A stretch of DNA of 64,000 nt from Eledone cirrhosa (GCA_964016885.1 OZ024754.1:8432001-8496000); one strand, 5' to 3'; counted from the stretch's first letter, positions 14,683 through 28,560 are shown. The notes: generated by a model from the sequence alone, not told the origin. Made by a program: numbers and translations.

Positions 14683-15312
14683 AGATAAATCTACCAAAAT
14701 ATACGGTAGCGTCCAATCTGTATGAAGAACTCAAGGTAATCCAAATATCATGAAAAGAGAAGATGCATTCAAAAATGTTCGATGAAAATCATAGGAAAAC
14801 AGAGTTCAGATAAATTAATAAAAACAATGAATAACAACAAACAAACAAAGAGGGTGTAGTAAGAAACCAGATGGGTACTCGATACTTGGGGTAGTAGAGT
14901 GGGGAATACGAAAAGATCCAGGACCCCGACGGCTGAGCTCCGGCCGTTTCGACAGCTAGATCGAAACTAAGCCCTTAGTGTAAAAGTATGGAAGCACGTT
15001 GTTGTTAAAACTATTAAAACCAGAAAGTGCCGTTTATTGTGATGGAATTATGACATCAGTAAATAGACTAAAACTTTTAGATCTATAAAGAGATAATCAA
15101 TACCTTGCTTTGGGGAATATCAATTAAAGCAATGGTGATCAATAACCTTACACGCAATGTTTGTCATGTATGTTGTGTTTGTTTTGTTTTGTTGGGTTTT
15201 TGTTGGGCTTTTGTTTGGTTTGGGGTGGAAAATTATCACCTTCGGTTAAGTTTTCAGATCTGTTGATACATATTAGAACTATAAGCTATTGGGAATGACT
15301 GTGCTGAACACG

Positions 15313-15358
<46 letters not shown>

Positions 15359-15497
15359 CAAAAGGGATATTCAATTTGTTTGTAATTCAACAAATATAAA
15401 TGTTTATAACTGATTCAGAGCACTCGACAGATTTTCGGGAGTATAATATTCATCAATGATATTAAATAAATGGAAACTATATTTATAAAACCATATT

Positions 15498-15556
15498 TAT
15501 TCTATTATATATATTTCAAAGGTACCAAAAACTTTGGTATGCTTTCATCAGATAAA
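15498..15556 (-). ncRNA. Type I hammerhead, left arm of fold-back element 15461-15690
   Basis: Near-exact reverse complement of 15592-15653. Confidence 0.75.
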
Positions 15557-15591
15557 TTTTGGCTATGTTAAAATCTATAAAACGCACTTTG

Positions 15592-15653
15592 TATTTTATC
15601 TGATGAAAGCGTACCAAAGTTTTTGGTACCCTTGAAATATATATAATAGAATA
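15592..15653 (+). ncRNA. Type I hammerhead ribozyme
   Basis: TATTTTAT-CTGATGA-AAGCGTACCAAAGTTTTTGGTACCCTT-GAA-ATATATAT-A^ATAGAATA. Confidence 0.8.
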
Positions 15654-15692
15654 AATATGGTTTTATAAATATAGTTTCCATTTATTTAATAC

Positions 15693-15777
<85 letters not shown>

Positions 15778-15870
15778 AATAAGGGCGGCTGACCGGGCTA
15801 AAAGCTGCTCATTTCCCTGCTTTTCAACCCCCATGGATTTTGTCTATTATATTCCTTTGTTAAATTTTGA

Positions 15871-15928
15871 ATACCTGATGATGTCACCGGATTCATAATG
15901 AACCCTGTCACTGAAATGATCATAGTAT
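15871..15928 (+). ncRNA. Type I hammerhead ribozyme
   Basis: ATAC-CTGATGA-(imperfect hairpin with TTCAT/ATGAA)-GAA-ATGATCAT-A^GTAT. Confidence 0.7.
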
Positions 15929-16123
15929 AATAAACCAGTCCAGCCTCCTGTTATTTTATAATAATTAACTCCGTACTCGCACCACTAACTACACAAACGA
16001 AGACGGGTGAGTTGCATTATGTCGAGTGCTCTCCCTAATATTATATCGAGGTTGACCATACGGAATGACCAGTTCTATCCAGTGGTGAACCAACAAAACC
16101 TAATTAAATATATATATATACAG

Positions 16124-16154
<31 letters not shown>

Positions 16155-16304
16155 ATAATAATAAATTTGAAGACTAAAATCCAAAGAGGGCTCGATAAGG
16201 ATAAATATATATCAAATATATGAGAACCGTAGAGCAAATATTTATTTCAGAAGATCCCGTTAAGGGTGAAAGCAGCGATTCTTTGCTTAAACTTTAATCT
16301 GTTA

Positions 16305-16369
<65 letters not shown>

Positions 16370-16410
16370 GATATATTAACAAATGGAAACTATATTTATA
16401 AAACCATATT

Positions 16411-16475
16411 TATTTCATTATATATATTTCAAGGACACCAAGTTAAATTATGGTGTGCTTTCATCAGACAAAATA
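16411..16475 (-). ncRNA. Type I hammerhead (same family as 21685)
   Basis: Minus strand: TATTTTGT-CTGATGA-AAGCACACCA...TGGTGTCCTT-GAA-ATATATAT-A^ATGAAATA. Confidence 0.8.
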
Positions 16476-16606
16476 TAATATAGATCAGTTTTATAAATAA
16501 ATATTGACATACCCTTCATATATATAAATATATATATAGTACGTTATTCCGGGTTGAATCGGAGGTAACCACAGTAAGTAAGGTACTCAATACATTGCAG
16601 AGTATA

Positions 16607-16653
16607 ATTCCTGATGATTTCTAAAGAATGAAACAGTTCTAGTCCTGTAGAAT
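16607..16653 (+). ncRNA. Type I hammerhead ribozyme
   Basis: ATTC-CTGATGA-TTTCTAAAGAAT-GAA-ACAG TTCTAGTC CTGT-A^GAAT. Confidence 0.75.
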
Positions 16654-16659
16654 CTCATC

Positions 16660-16703
<44 letters not shown>

Positions 16704-16876
16704 TTCCGACTCCAGTACTAGACTGGTACTTTTTTTGTTATCGTCCTCGAATGGATGAAAGGCAAAAGTAACCTCAGTGGGATTTGAACTCAGAGAATAG
16801 AGAGCCGGAACGAGTACAATAAACCATTCTACCCGACGTTCTAACGACTGTAATTGTATATACTTAAATGTGTGTC

Positions 16877-16959
<83 letters not shown>

Positions 16960-17116
16960 GAGTCTATCCCAAGTTTGGAGACTCGTCAGGGCCGATGTTT
17001 ATCCAGCTTTCATCACAGTTAAGCAGCTGGGAGTACAAAACTTCCCCCTGTAGACAGCACTAACTCCCAGCTGAGTGTACTGAAGTTACATGAAAGGAAA
17101 TGTATGTATGTGTATG

Positions 17117-17163
<47 letters not shown>

Positions 17164-17261
17164 AAAAGTATGACTCCGACTGCAGAGCTCTGCCGTCGGG
17201 GTCATACTTTTTCCTATTTCCAACTCTACTACTCTAAGTATTGAGTACTCTGGTGCGTTTA

Positions 17262-17520
17262 GTGAGCAAATGGGGTCCCACGCGCTGGCCACCCCACAAC
17301 CCCGGCGGACAGAATGGAGAAGGCGTTTCCCCGGTGGATGGTAAGGGAGATGCGCTGGAAGAGCCATTACATCTCGCGAGGCTCACACCTGCGGCTGGCC
17401 AGCTCAGCGCCTATGGCGGTGAGTAGGGAGGTAGCCCTAAGGCGGAGGACACCAGAAGTCTCAACTGCTAAGGGCACGACCGCAAACCTGTCGCAGAGCG
17501 ACCGATATTTGGGGAAAGTG
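17262..17520 (-). mobile_element. CRE-clade (RLE) non-LTR retrotransposon C-terminal fragment
   Basis: KYRSLCDRFAVVPLAVETSG...REM*WLFQRISLTIHRGNAFSIL matches the CRE C-terminal pattern; contains an in-frame stop. Confidence 0.75.
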
Positions 17521-17932
17521 TTAAGATGTGGTAGATAGGACAGAGACAATTAAACAAAAAGGGAGGGAAAGTGTTAAGTTGTGACAGATAAGAAAGAGAG
17601 GATAAAACAGAAAGGGGGATTAAGTTATGGCAGATAGGAAATCCAGAAGATAAAACAGGGTTAAGTTATGACAGAAGAACAAGAAGATAAAAGAGAAAGA
17701 TGGGTTAAATTATGACAGGCCGCTGATAGAGAAGAAATAAGGAAAGTAAGTTCAGAGGTTGAACTGTCTGGATATAGATGGTTAAATAAAGTGATAATGT
17801 TGTGGGTGGAGAATTTAGAAGGTTATAAAGAGTCATGTAGCTGCATTGATTAATCGGTAACAAGTTTAGTTTGATAGTTGGAACAATACATTGTATATGA
17901 GACTGGTGGATATTATATAATATTTACAGATT

Positions 17933-18597
17933 AGCGGTGGATTGGCAGTATCGGTAGAGGGTCGGACGCCATGCTTTGCAGCAAAGAGTTACGGCCCTTT
18001 ATGATCTGAGTTCAAATCCCGCCGAAGTTAACTTTGCCTTTCATCCTTACGGGGGTCGATAAAATAAAGTACCAGTCACGCACTGGGGTCGTATTAATCG
18101 ACTTTCCCCTCCCCCAAAATTGCTGGCCTTGTGCCTATATAAGAAACCATTATATTTACAGATTGGCGGTGTGTTGGCAGTATCGGTAGAGGGTCGGACG
18201 CCATGCTTTGCAGCAAAGAGTTACGGCCCTTTATGATCTGAGTTCAAATCCCGCCGAGGTTAACTTTGCCTTTCATCCTTACGGGGGGGGGGGCGATAAA
18301 ATAAAGTACCAGTCACGCACTGGGGTCGTATTAATCGACTTTCCCCTCCCCCAAAATTGCTGGCCTTGTGCCTATATAAGAAACCATTATATTTACAGAT
18401 TGGCGGTGTGTTGGCAGTATCGGTAGAGGGTCTGACGCCATGCTTTGCAGCAAAGAGTTACGGCCCTTTATGGTCTGAGTTCAAATCCCGCCGAGGTTAA
18501 CTTTGCATTTGATCCTTACGGGATCGATAAAATAAAGTACCAGTAATACACTGGGATAATTAATTGCTGGCCTTGTTCCAAAAGTAGAAACAATTAT
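17933..18597 (+). mobile_element. SINE family A, three tandem copies
   Basis: Units of ~230-240 bp starting G(A)GCGGTG(G)ATTGGCAGTATCGG, with B box GAGTTCAAATCC. Confidence 0.9.
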
Positions 18598-19092
18598 ATT
18601 AACAACTGGAAGAGAGTGGACAAAATAGTGAAGAGAGATTGACAAGGACGATGACATAAACCAATGAAATCCAAATTTGAGAATGATGGATTCTGTTGAA
18701 AGTTTGTTGCTCTAATGATGAAAGCACTTGGCTAGTGGTTAGGGTGTTTGTCTAACAAGCATGATAATATCAGGGTTCGATTCACAGTCTGGGAGACGCT
18801 TTATTTTTATTTTAGTTTTTGTTGTTGTTTTTTTGGCGGGTAGGGTAGGAATCGGATATGTATGGGAGATTGCTAAGTGCTCCACAAAATATCTTGCGCG
18901 GCTTTATACCACGGAGAGGTGTTTTCCCAGGTGCAAACTTGAGATCAGTCAGGACCTAAGTGGTGGGGTGGTGGTGGGGTGAGGTGGGGGTAGGGTGGGA
19001 GCTATATACAGCCAACGAACTCGTGAACGAAGTGTAAACTATAATTAAAACATCGCGGTTCGGTGTGAATGAGAAGACATTATAAAGAAGAC

Positions 19093-19140
19093 GTGGGCAA
19101 ACTGTGGCCCGCGAGCAGCATGCGGCCCGTTTGGCTTTCT
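19093..19140. mobile_element. hAT-like terminal fragment
   Basis: GTGGGCAAACTGTGGCCCGCG...ATGCGGCCCG resembles hAT subterminal motifs. Confidence 0.45.
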
Positions 19141-19180
19141 GAATGGCACACCTAATTTAAAAATAGTGGGGGGAAGGGCC

Positions 19181-19216
<36 letters not shown>

Positions 19217-19328
19217 GGTATATATACATATTTTCGATCGTTTTACCACTTAATTAAGCCAGTATTTTAAAGATTCCAACCCAAATGAAGATGTTAAATT
19301 GTGAGAAAAGCGATTACGAGTAGGCAGA

Positions 19329-19383
<55 letters not shown>

Positions 19384-19465
19384 TACGTATATACACATAC
19401 ATATATAAATATACATATATATATATATATGTATGTATATATATATATATATATACATATATATT

Positions 19466-19499
<34 letters not shown>

Positions 19500-19651
19500 C
19501 ATATATATTTATATATATATATATACATATATATATATGTATATATATATATGATATATATATATATACATCTGCATATATATATATACATATACATACA
19601 TATACATATATATATACATATACATATATATACATATATATATACATATAC

Positions 19652-19686
<35 letters not shown>

Positions 19687-19965
19687 CATATATATATACA
19701 TATACATATATATATACATATATATATACATATATATATACATATATATATACATATATATATACATATATATACATATATATATACATATATATACATA
19801 TATATATATATATATTGTTATACTGTGGGAGGGTCATGTTGCCAATAGGAAACACACGCACCAGTTGCTTTCACTTCAATTTATTATAATAAATTTATAA
19901 ATTTAGGAATTTATAAATTTCCGGTTGGTTGGTTGGTTCCACAACCAGATGATTGTTTATATATT

Positions 19966-20008
19966 GTCAAAGTTCTTTCGTCACACATTATGTGACCTCT
20001 TCAGTGAC
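19966..20008 (-). ncRNA. Type I hammerhead in the spacer of inverted repeat ~19812-20137
   Basis: Minus strand: GTCA-CTGAAGA-G GTCAC ATAATGT GTGAC-GAA-AGAACT-T^TGAC. Confidence 0.75.
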
Positions 20009-20430
20009 TGGGGATTCCAACCAACCGGAAATTTATAAATTCCTAAATTTATAAATTTATTATAATAAATTGAAGTGAAAGCAACTGGAGAGTGTGTTTC
20101 TTATTGGCAACATGACCCTCCCCAAGTATAACAATATCGGTTTCAACGCACGTTTTCAGATAAAGAATCTTGCTAAACAAATTCAGAAACGAAATATTTA
20201 TATATACATTTACATATATAAATATACATATATATAAACATATACATATATAAATATATACATATAAACATATACATATATAAATATATACATATACATA
20301 TATAAATATATACATATACATATATATGTATACATATAAATATATATACATATACGAATATACATACATATATATGTATATGTGTGTATATATATATATG
20401 TACATATGTACATATATATATATACATATA

Positions 20431-20518
<88 letters not shown>

Positions 20519-20617
20519 TACATATATACATATATATATACATATATACATATATACATATATATATACATATAAACACATATATATACATATAAACACA
20601 TATATATATACATATAA

Positions 20618-20667
<50 letters not shown>

Positions 20668-20670
<3 letters not shown>

Positions 20671-20906
20671 AACGAGTAGCACCCCGACGGCTGAGCTCAA
20701 GCCGTTTCGACGGCTAATTCTGGACTAAAAAAAATAATAAAAAAATTTTTTGAAAAGATTTTTTTTTTTAGTCCAGAATTAGCCGTCGAAACGGCTTGAG
20801 CTCAGCCGTCGGGGTCCTACTCGTTCCTATTACCCACTCTACTACCCTAAGTATTGAGTACTTTGGTGCGTTATGGTCCATCTGATTCCTTACCACATTT
20901 CCTTCG

Positions 20907-20908
<2 letters not shown>
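20668..20908. mobile_element. Family G fold-back element
   Basis: Inverted arms ~20668-20730 and ~20762-20830, flanked by (TA)n. Confidence 0.8.
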
Positions 20909-20972
<64 letters not shown>

Positions 20973-21213
20973 GTAGGTATAGATATATAGATGTAGTGAC
21001 GTAATATCTGTATACTTCCGTCACAGTGACGTCTTTCTGCAACAGTTGCAATGATGACCATCATACACGGTAGAGTGATATGATGGTACTAATGACACTT
21101 AAATTGAGTGAAGGAGATGAGAGGCAATTCTCTCACAACTGGCCAACTACTTCTATTGGAAGCAATGTTTAATATAACGTAAGGTTATACATGCATATAT
21201 ATATATAGATGTA

Positions 21214-21248
<35 letters not shown>

Positions 21249-21251
<3 letters not shown>

Positions 21252-21433
21252 AACAAGTAAGACCCCGACGGCTGAGCTCAAGCCGTTTCGACGGCTAATT
21301 CAGAATTAGCCGTCGAAACGGCTTGAGCTAAGCCGTCGGGGTCTTACTTGTTCCTATTACCCACTCTACTACCCTAAGTATTGAGTACTTTGGTGCGTTA
21401 TGGTCCACCTGGTTCCTTACCACTTTTCCTTCG

Positions 21434-21436
<3 letters not shown>
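21249..21436. mobile_element. Family G fold-back element
   Basis: Palindrome centred on CTAATTC-A-GAATTAG (~21302). Confidence 0.8.
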
Positions 21437-21505
<69 letters not shown>

Positions 21506-21542
21506 CATTAACAAATGGAAACTATATTTATAAAACCATATT

Positions 21543-21607
21543 TATTTCATTATACATATTTCAAGGACACCAAGTTAAATTATGGTGTGCTTTCATCAGA
21601 CAAAATA
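21543..21607 (-). ncRNA. Type I hammerhead, left arm of fold-back ~21507-21785
   Basis: Reverse complement of 21685-21749. Confidence 0.8.
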
Positions 21608-21684
21608 TAATATAGATCAGTTTTATAAATAAATATTGACATACTCTTAAAAAAATGCAACCATTATAAAACTGATCTATATTA

Positions 21685-21749
21685 TATTTTGTCTGATGAA
21701 AGCACACCATAATTTAACTTGGTGTCCTTGAAATATGTATAATGAAATA
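21685..21749 (+). ncRNA. Type I hammerhead ribozyme
   Basis: TATTTTGT-CTGATGA-AAGCACACCA TAATTTAACT TGGTGTCCTT-GAA-ATATGTAT-A^ATGAAATA. Confidence 0.8.
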
Positions 21750-21879
21750 AATATGGTTTTATAAATATAGTTTCCATTTGTTAATATCGTATTTTTACTC
21801 CAAATATTTGTGGAGTGCTTTATATCAGTTATAAAAATATTTGCTTGTTGTATCCCAACAATTTAAATAGAACTTTTAC

Positions 21880-21959
<80 letters not shown>

Positions 21960-22465
21960 CAACTGGAGTCTTATTTTTTTTTAAATAAATATATATATAT
22001 TTTTTTAAAAATAAAACTCCAGTTGCATTTTCGATTTCATCTTTTTTTCTTTATATATATATATATATAAATCAAGAAAGAAGAGTGACATGGTTTGCTA
22101 TACAATAAGGGCTTTAATAAAGCCCTTATTGTATAGCAAACCATGTCACTCTTCTTTCTTGATTTATCATTACTCCAAGTGTAAACTACATAGAAATTAC
22201 CGCGTACTCGCAGCATCACTATGGAAACGCTTTGTTGAGTCAAACTTAGCCAAGTGTTGATATTATCCACTACTCGGAGTACCCTAACTGGACTACATCT
22301 AAGTGGACTACCTATAACAATAATTTGTTATCCCGTATATATATATATATATATTTAAAGGTTAAACAAGGTTCAATGAATAAATCAAAGAATTAAAACG
22401 GTTTTCCGGAGTTATTGATATTAATTCAAAATATTAACAAAAATAGACATTCGTGTGATCAAGTA

Positions 22466-22532
22466 TATTTTATTATACATATTTCAGAGGTACTGAGCTA
22501 TCTTCAACAGTACGTCCTCATCAGATAAAATA
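22466..22532 (-). ncRNA. Type I hammerhead ribozyme
   Basis: Minus strand: TATTTTAT-CTGATGA-GGACGTACTG...CAGTACCTCT-GAA-ATATGTAT-A^ATAAAATA; perfect 8-bp stem I. Confidence 0.85.
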
Positions 22533-22648
22533 AGATGATGCATAACATACCCTGGCATAGTAGATGGTTACGATTGTGTGGTGACAGTCAAATTTGCAAT
22601 TTTCAACTGACAGTTGAAAATTGCAAACTTGACTGTCACCACACAATA

Positions 22649-22687
22649 TGAACCTGAAGATTGCGAAAGCATGAAAGTACTTGTTCA
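22649..22687 (+). ncRNA. Minimal type I hammerhead
   Basis: TGAAC-CTGAAGA-T TGC GAAA GCA T-GAA-AGTACT-T^GTTCA. Confidence 0.8.
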
Positions 22688-22855
22688 ATTAACACTTAAC
22701 ATTTAATATTCTACCATACTATTTTATTCTAATACCATTATAAATTTTAAAGAATTTTAAAGGATTGTAAATAAAACGAGTAAATCAGACAAAGTTTGAA
22801 TTCCTTTTATTAATATAATCTTCTATACACAATCATACACACCCGCGTATATTTA

Positions 22856-22919
<64 letters not shown>

Positions 22920-23069
22920 ATATATATATATATATTATATATAATATATATATATATATAATATAATATATATATATATATAATATATATATATATATAA
23001 TATAATATATATATATATATAATATATATAATATATATATATATATAATATAATATATATATATAATAT

Positions 23070-23103
<34 letters not shown>

Positions 23104-23584
23104 ATATATATATATATATAATATATATAAATATATAATATAATATATATATATATATATATAATATATATATATATATAATATATATAAATATATAATA
23201 TAATATATATATATATATAATATATATATATATATATAATATATATAAATATATAATATAATATATATATATATATAATATAATATATATATATATATAA
23301 TATATATATATATATATAATATATATAAATATATAATATAATATATATATATATATAATATATATATATATATAATATATATAAATATATAATATAATAT
23401 ATATATATATATAATATATATATATATATAATATATATAAATATATAATATAATATATATATATATATAATATATATATATATATAATATATATAAATAT
23501 ATAATATAATATATATATATATATAATATATATATAATATAATATATATAATATATAATATAATATATATATATATATATATAA

Positions 23585-23772
23585 TAACGAAGGAAATGTG
23601 GTAAGGAACCAGGTGGACCATAACGCACCAAAGTACTCAATACTTGAGGTAGTAGAGTGGGTAATAGGAACCAGTAAGACCCCGACAGCTGAGCTCAAGC
23701 CGTTTCGACGGCTAATTCTGGAATTAGCCGTCGAAACGGCTTGAGCTCAGCTGTCGGGGTCTTACTGGTTCC
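23585..23772. mobile_element. Family G fold-back element
   Basis: Palindrome centred on CTAATTC-TG-GAATTAG (~23720). Confidence 0.8.
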
Positions 23773-23898
23773 TATATATATAATATATATATATATATAA
23801 TATATATATAATATAATATATATATATATATAATATATATATATATATAATATATATATAATATAATATATATATATATATAATATATATATAATATA

Positions 23899-24064
<166 letters not shown>

Positions 24065-24618
24065 AGCGTTGAAGGTTTGAAGTTGATTTGTTTATGCAGA
24101 ACGCCGACTTAATTTATCTCTTAAAAAGATTTAAAGTCAGAACAATGGCCGCTTGTGTTTGATATTTTGACACTATCCAAAACGAAGGTAGAATAAAGAC
24201 TGGGTGTCTTCTTAATTTAACGTTTCTTGGAGAGAACCTAACGTAGAACAAAGCATATTGAAAGGAAGATTTATAGTTGCACCAGAACACAATCAGCGAC
24301 GACAATCGTTTCTGTATTAGGAGTATGTAAATATTTATTGCTATACAGGACTGTACAGATGAGTTAGTCACAACACCCGAGAAAACAAACAACACCAATC
24401 AGCGAAATAATTCTTTCTATATTTGGCACAAGGTCGGCAATTAGAAGGAGAGGGGCAAGTCGATTAAAATCAACCCCAGTGCGTGACTGGTACTTTATAC
24501 TTTATACTTTATTTTATCAACCTCGTAAGGATGAAAGGCAAAGCTAACCTTGGAGGGATTTGGACTCTGAATGTAAAGGGTTTAAACTAGAAAAATAATA
24601 ATAATAATAATAATAATA

Positions 24619-25408
24619 GATCGGCAGACATGGAACTGGTTGAGAAGAGGAGACCTTAAAAAGGCTACAGAAGGAATGCTAATGGCTGCGGAAGAGCAGG
24701 CCCTCAAAACGAAGTGGCTGAAACACCATATTTACAAGGAGGAGGCTAGCCCACTGTGCAGGATCTGTGGAGAGAGAGAGGAGACTGTGGCTCACATTGT
24801 ATCCGAGTGTAAACACCTAGCCCAGACTCACTATAAAGGCTGGAGACATGATGTGATAGGCAGGGTGATCCACTGGCACCTATGCAAAGTAAACAATTTA
24901 CCACATTCTGAGAAGTGGTATGAGCATAAGCCAGAGTCGGTGATAGAAAACGATCAGGTGAAGGTGCTGTGGGATTTTAGGATACAGACGGACAAGAAAC
25001 TGGAGCACAATAGACCTAACCTGGTGGTTTTGGACAAGGAAAAAAGATCGTGCCTGATTGAGGATGTGGCCTGCCCATTCGACAAGAGAGTGCAAGAGAA
25101 GGAGAGGGAGAAAATTTACAGATACCAGGACTTAAAGTGGGAGGTAAAAAGGATTTGGAACTGCTATGAAGTCAAAGTGGTCCCGATTGTCATAGGCGCA
25201 CTAGGTACTATCTCAAAAAGTTTCCAGGGATGGTTAAAGAAAATTGGCCCCGCCCCGCTTTTGGGAACGCTTCAAAAGGCATGCTTGCTGGGAACAGCAA
25301 GAACCCTCCGATACGTCCTGAATATCTGAGGCTGCAGGTAGTGGCTTGATATTCATTTCAACAAACTTTCCAGTTAACTAACATCAATGACTGAGACTCA
25401 AAGAACAA
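24619..25408 (+). mobile_element. 5'-truncated R4/Dong-clade non-LTR retrotransposon (CCHC knuckle plus RLE endonuclease; ORF stop at 25329)
   Basis: CRICGEREETVAHIVSEC, RHD, WDFRIQTD..HNRPN (PD to PN), DVACP, PIVIGALG; (TAA)n on both sides. Confidence 0.85.
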
Positions 25409-25574
25409 TAATAATAATAATAATAATAATAGTAATGATTTCTTTATTGGCCACAAGGGCTGACATCAAGAAAAACATTACAGACGGTACAGGACGGTAT
25501 GATGTGGGTTTTGTGCGTGTAAAGATTTTTATTATCTATATAAAAAAAAAGAAAAAAAAGACATAGAAACATAT

Positions 25575-26215
25575 GAGATGAAACAAGCAGATATGAAACA
25601 AGCAGAGATCATACAAGCAGAGATCAAACAATCAGAGATCATACAATGAGAGATTATACAATGGGAGATCAAACAAGCAGAGATCAAACAAGCAGAGATC
25701 ATACAAGAGGAGATCAAACAAGCAGAGATCAAACAAGCAGAGATCATACAAGCAGAGATCAAACAATCAGAGATCAAACAAGCAGAGATCATACAATCAG
25801 ACATCAAACAAGCAGAGATCAAACAAGCAGAGATCATACAAGCAGAGATCAAACAAGCAGAGATCATACAAGCAGAGATCAAACATGCAGAGATCAAACA
25901 AGCAGAGATCAAACAAGCAGAGATCATATAATCAATGATCAAACAAGCAGAGATCACAAACAGAGATCATATAATTAGAGATCATACAAGCAGGATTCAG
26001 TATTGTACCTGATATTCCCAGACCTGCCAACCTCTAAAAAACACAAACGGGGAGTACCATGAAAAAAAGTGCCCCTAAACGGGGAGAAATGAGGCAAAAT
26101 AGGGAGATTTTACATAATGAAAGCTATACCCATTTTCACAAGAGAAGACATATCTCACCCACCCCCAAAGTGGATGGGAGATCTCCCCGTCGGTCGGGGA
26201 GAGTTGACAGGTCTG
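25575..26215 (+). mobile_element. 15-bp minisatellite plus MITE family M (26019-26215)
   Basis: Same array, linker and MITE as 2386-2945. Confidence 0.85.
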
Positions 26216-26719
26216 CAGTATTTTTCCTTATATTCAGAAAATTTTGACTGCATGCTTAATAAAATATTCTCACTCTTTTCTGTTTATCCAGAGACATTGT
26301 TTATCCAAAACACCAACACGCAATTGTAAAAACATTTATTATCTTCATTCCCATGTTTCTTATAGAAGTTTTTTTTTAAGATGGACTCCCTTAAGACTGC
26401 GGCTATGCTAATAGATTTAACAAGCAATAAGTTTTGAAACCTGTTAAATACATGTAATAACTACATTTAATACATTTAAGAAGATTATATTGAGGCAACT
26501 GCAGGCGTTCCATCAATGTATCTTTGGCAACGGTATTCTCCCTAAGGCCCTGAAACGAGCATAATAATGGCTACAGGTATCGAAAATACGTAAAACAGCT
26601 GCCGAAGTCTGTATATTTATATCGTTCTTATTTCGAATGTTCTTGAACTACTTTTTAGTTATTTGACTGCGGCCATGCTGGGGCACCACCTCCATAGGTT
26701 TAATGGATCATATAGATAT

Positions 26720-27410
26720 CACTGTGTCGATGAGTGTGGGGCTGAGAATGAATGAGACTAAAACAAAATATCTGGTAGAGAATGTTGAGAAGCCAGAGGG
26801 GATCACTAATGTAGGCGGGAAGCCGCTAGAATTGGTTGAGGACTTCCTGTATTTGGGAGCAAAGATTGGGAATACGGAAGATAGTGTGGTTGAGAGGAAA
26901 AGCAAGGCCTGGGCGGCGTGCCACAGCTTGAGATCCGTGTGGAAGTCGGACCTTCGTAAAGACCTTAAAATCCGCCTCTTCATTGCTGTAGTGGAGTCTG
27001 TGCTGCTGTACGGGTCTGAGACTTGGACACTGACCAAGAAACTCACTCAGATGGTGGATGGATGCTACACGAGAATGCTTAGGATGGCTCTGAACATTAA
27101 TCAGTATACACAAAGGATGAAAAACTCAGAGCTGTACGGGAGCCTCCCAAAAGTCAGCTCAAAAGTGACACAGAGGAGACTGAGGTTAGCTGGACATGCT
27201 CACCGACATCCAGAGTTGATATTGCACTCAGTGCTTCTGTGGGAGCCCCTACATGGACACACTGGAAGAGAAAGACCAGGTTAACGTATGTTGATGCCCT
27301 AAGGACAGATACTGGTCTGTTGGAGACGCAGGACATGGCAGCGATAATGAGGGACAGAGACCGCTGGAGAGAACTCGTCCATGGATCTCGGGAATTTTAC
27401 CCGCCCTGGA
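26720..27410 (+). mobile_element. RTE-clade LINE 3' fragment (RT C-terminus, frameshifted near 27270)
   Basis: GLRMNETKTK, VEDFLYLG, SVLLYGSETW, RRLRLAGH motifs. Confidence 0.85.
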
Positions 27411-27494
27411 ATAGATATCACTATCATTTCTTATATTTAAGTCTGATCGAGTTCGATAAAAAAAATTACCAGTCAAGTACTGAGTCGATTCTTC

Positions 27495-27579
<85 letters not shown>

Positions 27580-27759
27580 TTCCCGTGAAGAAATCTACTA
27601 TACTCAGGCCTGGAGAGGGATGGGCTCCCCTAGGTTTAAAAATGTCCAAGAAACTCCGCCAGGAGTTACGGGACCATACCATACCACACTAAATTATTTC
27701 TTCAATCCCTTTTTATGGAACTGCTCAGTTAGGGAACATAAAACGGAAGACATGCTGTT

Positions 27760-27838
27760 AAATCACTATACGTATTTCAATGGCCCAGCTCCGTCATCCA
27801 AATATGATGCAAGACAGAACGATCTCATCAGATGACTT
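27760..27838 (-). ncRNA. Type I hammerhead with extended stem II
   Basis: Minus strand: AAGTCAT-CTGATGA-GATCGTTCTGTC...GACGGAGC..ATT-GAA-ATACGTAT-A^GTGATTT. Confidence 0.8.
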
Positions 27839-28057
27839 CGACAGAATTACATAACGGGGTTATGTAGAACCCATACTTATCGGAGACGATAGGGAAAAGA
27901 GGATAGCAAGTTGAAATATTGAAAAGTGAAAAATGGAAATTTGACTTGGAGACTGGCCACAAAAATAGTGTTCATTGTCTGCAGCCTCTACACACATACA
28001 CACACATAAACACACACACACACATATATATATATGTACATGCATACACACACACAC

Positions 28058-28101
<44 letters not shown>

Positions 28102-28102
28102 G

Positions 28103-28133
<31 letters not shown>

Positions 28134-28140
28134 ATGCATG

Positions 28141-28177
<37 letters not shown>

Positions 28178-28184
28178 ATGCATG

Positions 28185-28223
<39 letters not shown>

Positions 28224-28227
28224 ATGC

Positions 28228-28261
<34 letters not shown>

Positions 28262-28560
28262 GGTTATGCACGAGTGCATTAATGTTTTCCAGGACACAGT
28301 GTTATGTACCGTGTAGTGGAATGTCAGCTTACAACAGAGTGGTGCTCAACGAAATGCAGAAAAAAGGTGTATATTCCAGTTTAGCTATATTCCGGGGCGT
28401 GTATAAAGAATTAAAAAGAACAGAAAGATGCAGTAAAAGAGATTTATTCGGTTCTTACGTACGTTTCAATAGACATCTATTTGCCTAGATCTCGCTACAT
28501 CTATAATATTATATATTTAGTAGAGCATTCGATATCCAATGCACAATCGATCCCATATCA

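Noticed and set aside
16960-16989. Minus-strand CTGACGA followed by a GTCT/AGAC hairpin
   Set aside because: GAAA half is missing before the (CA)n tract; at most a truncated remnant.
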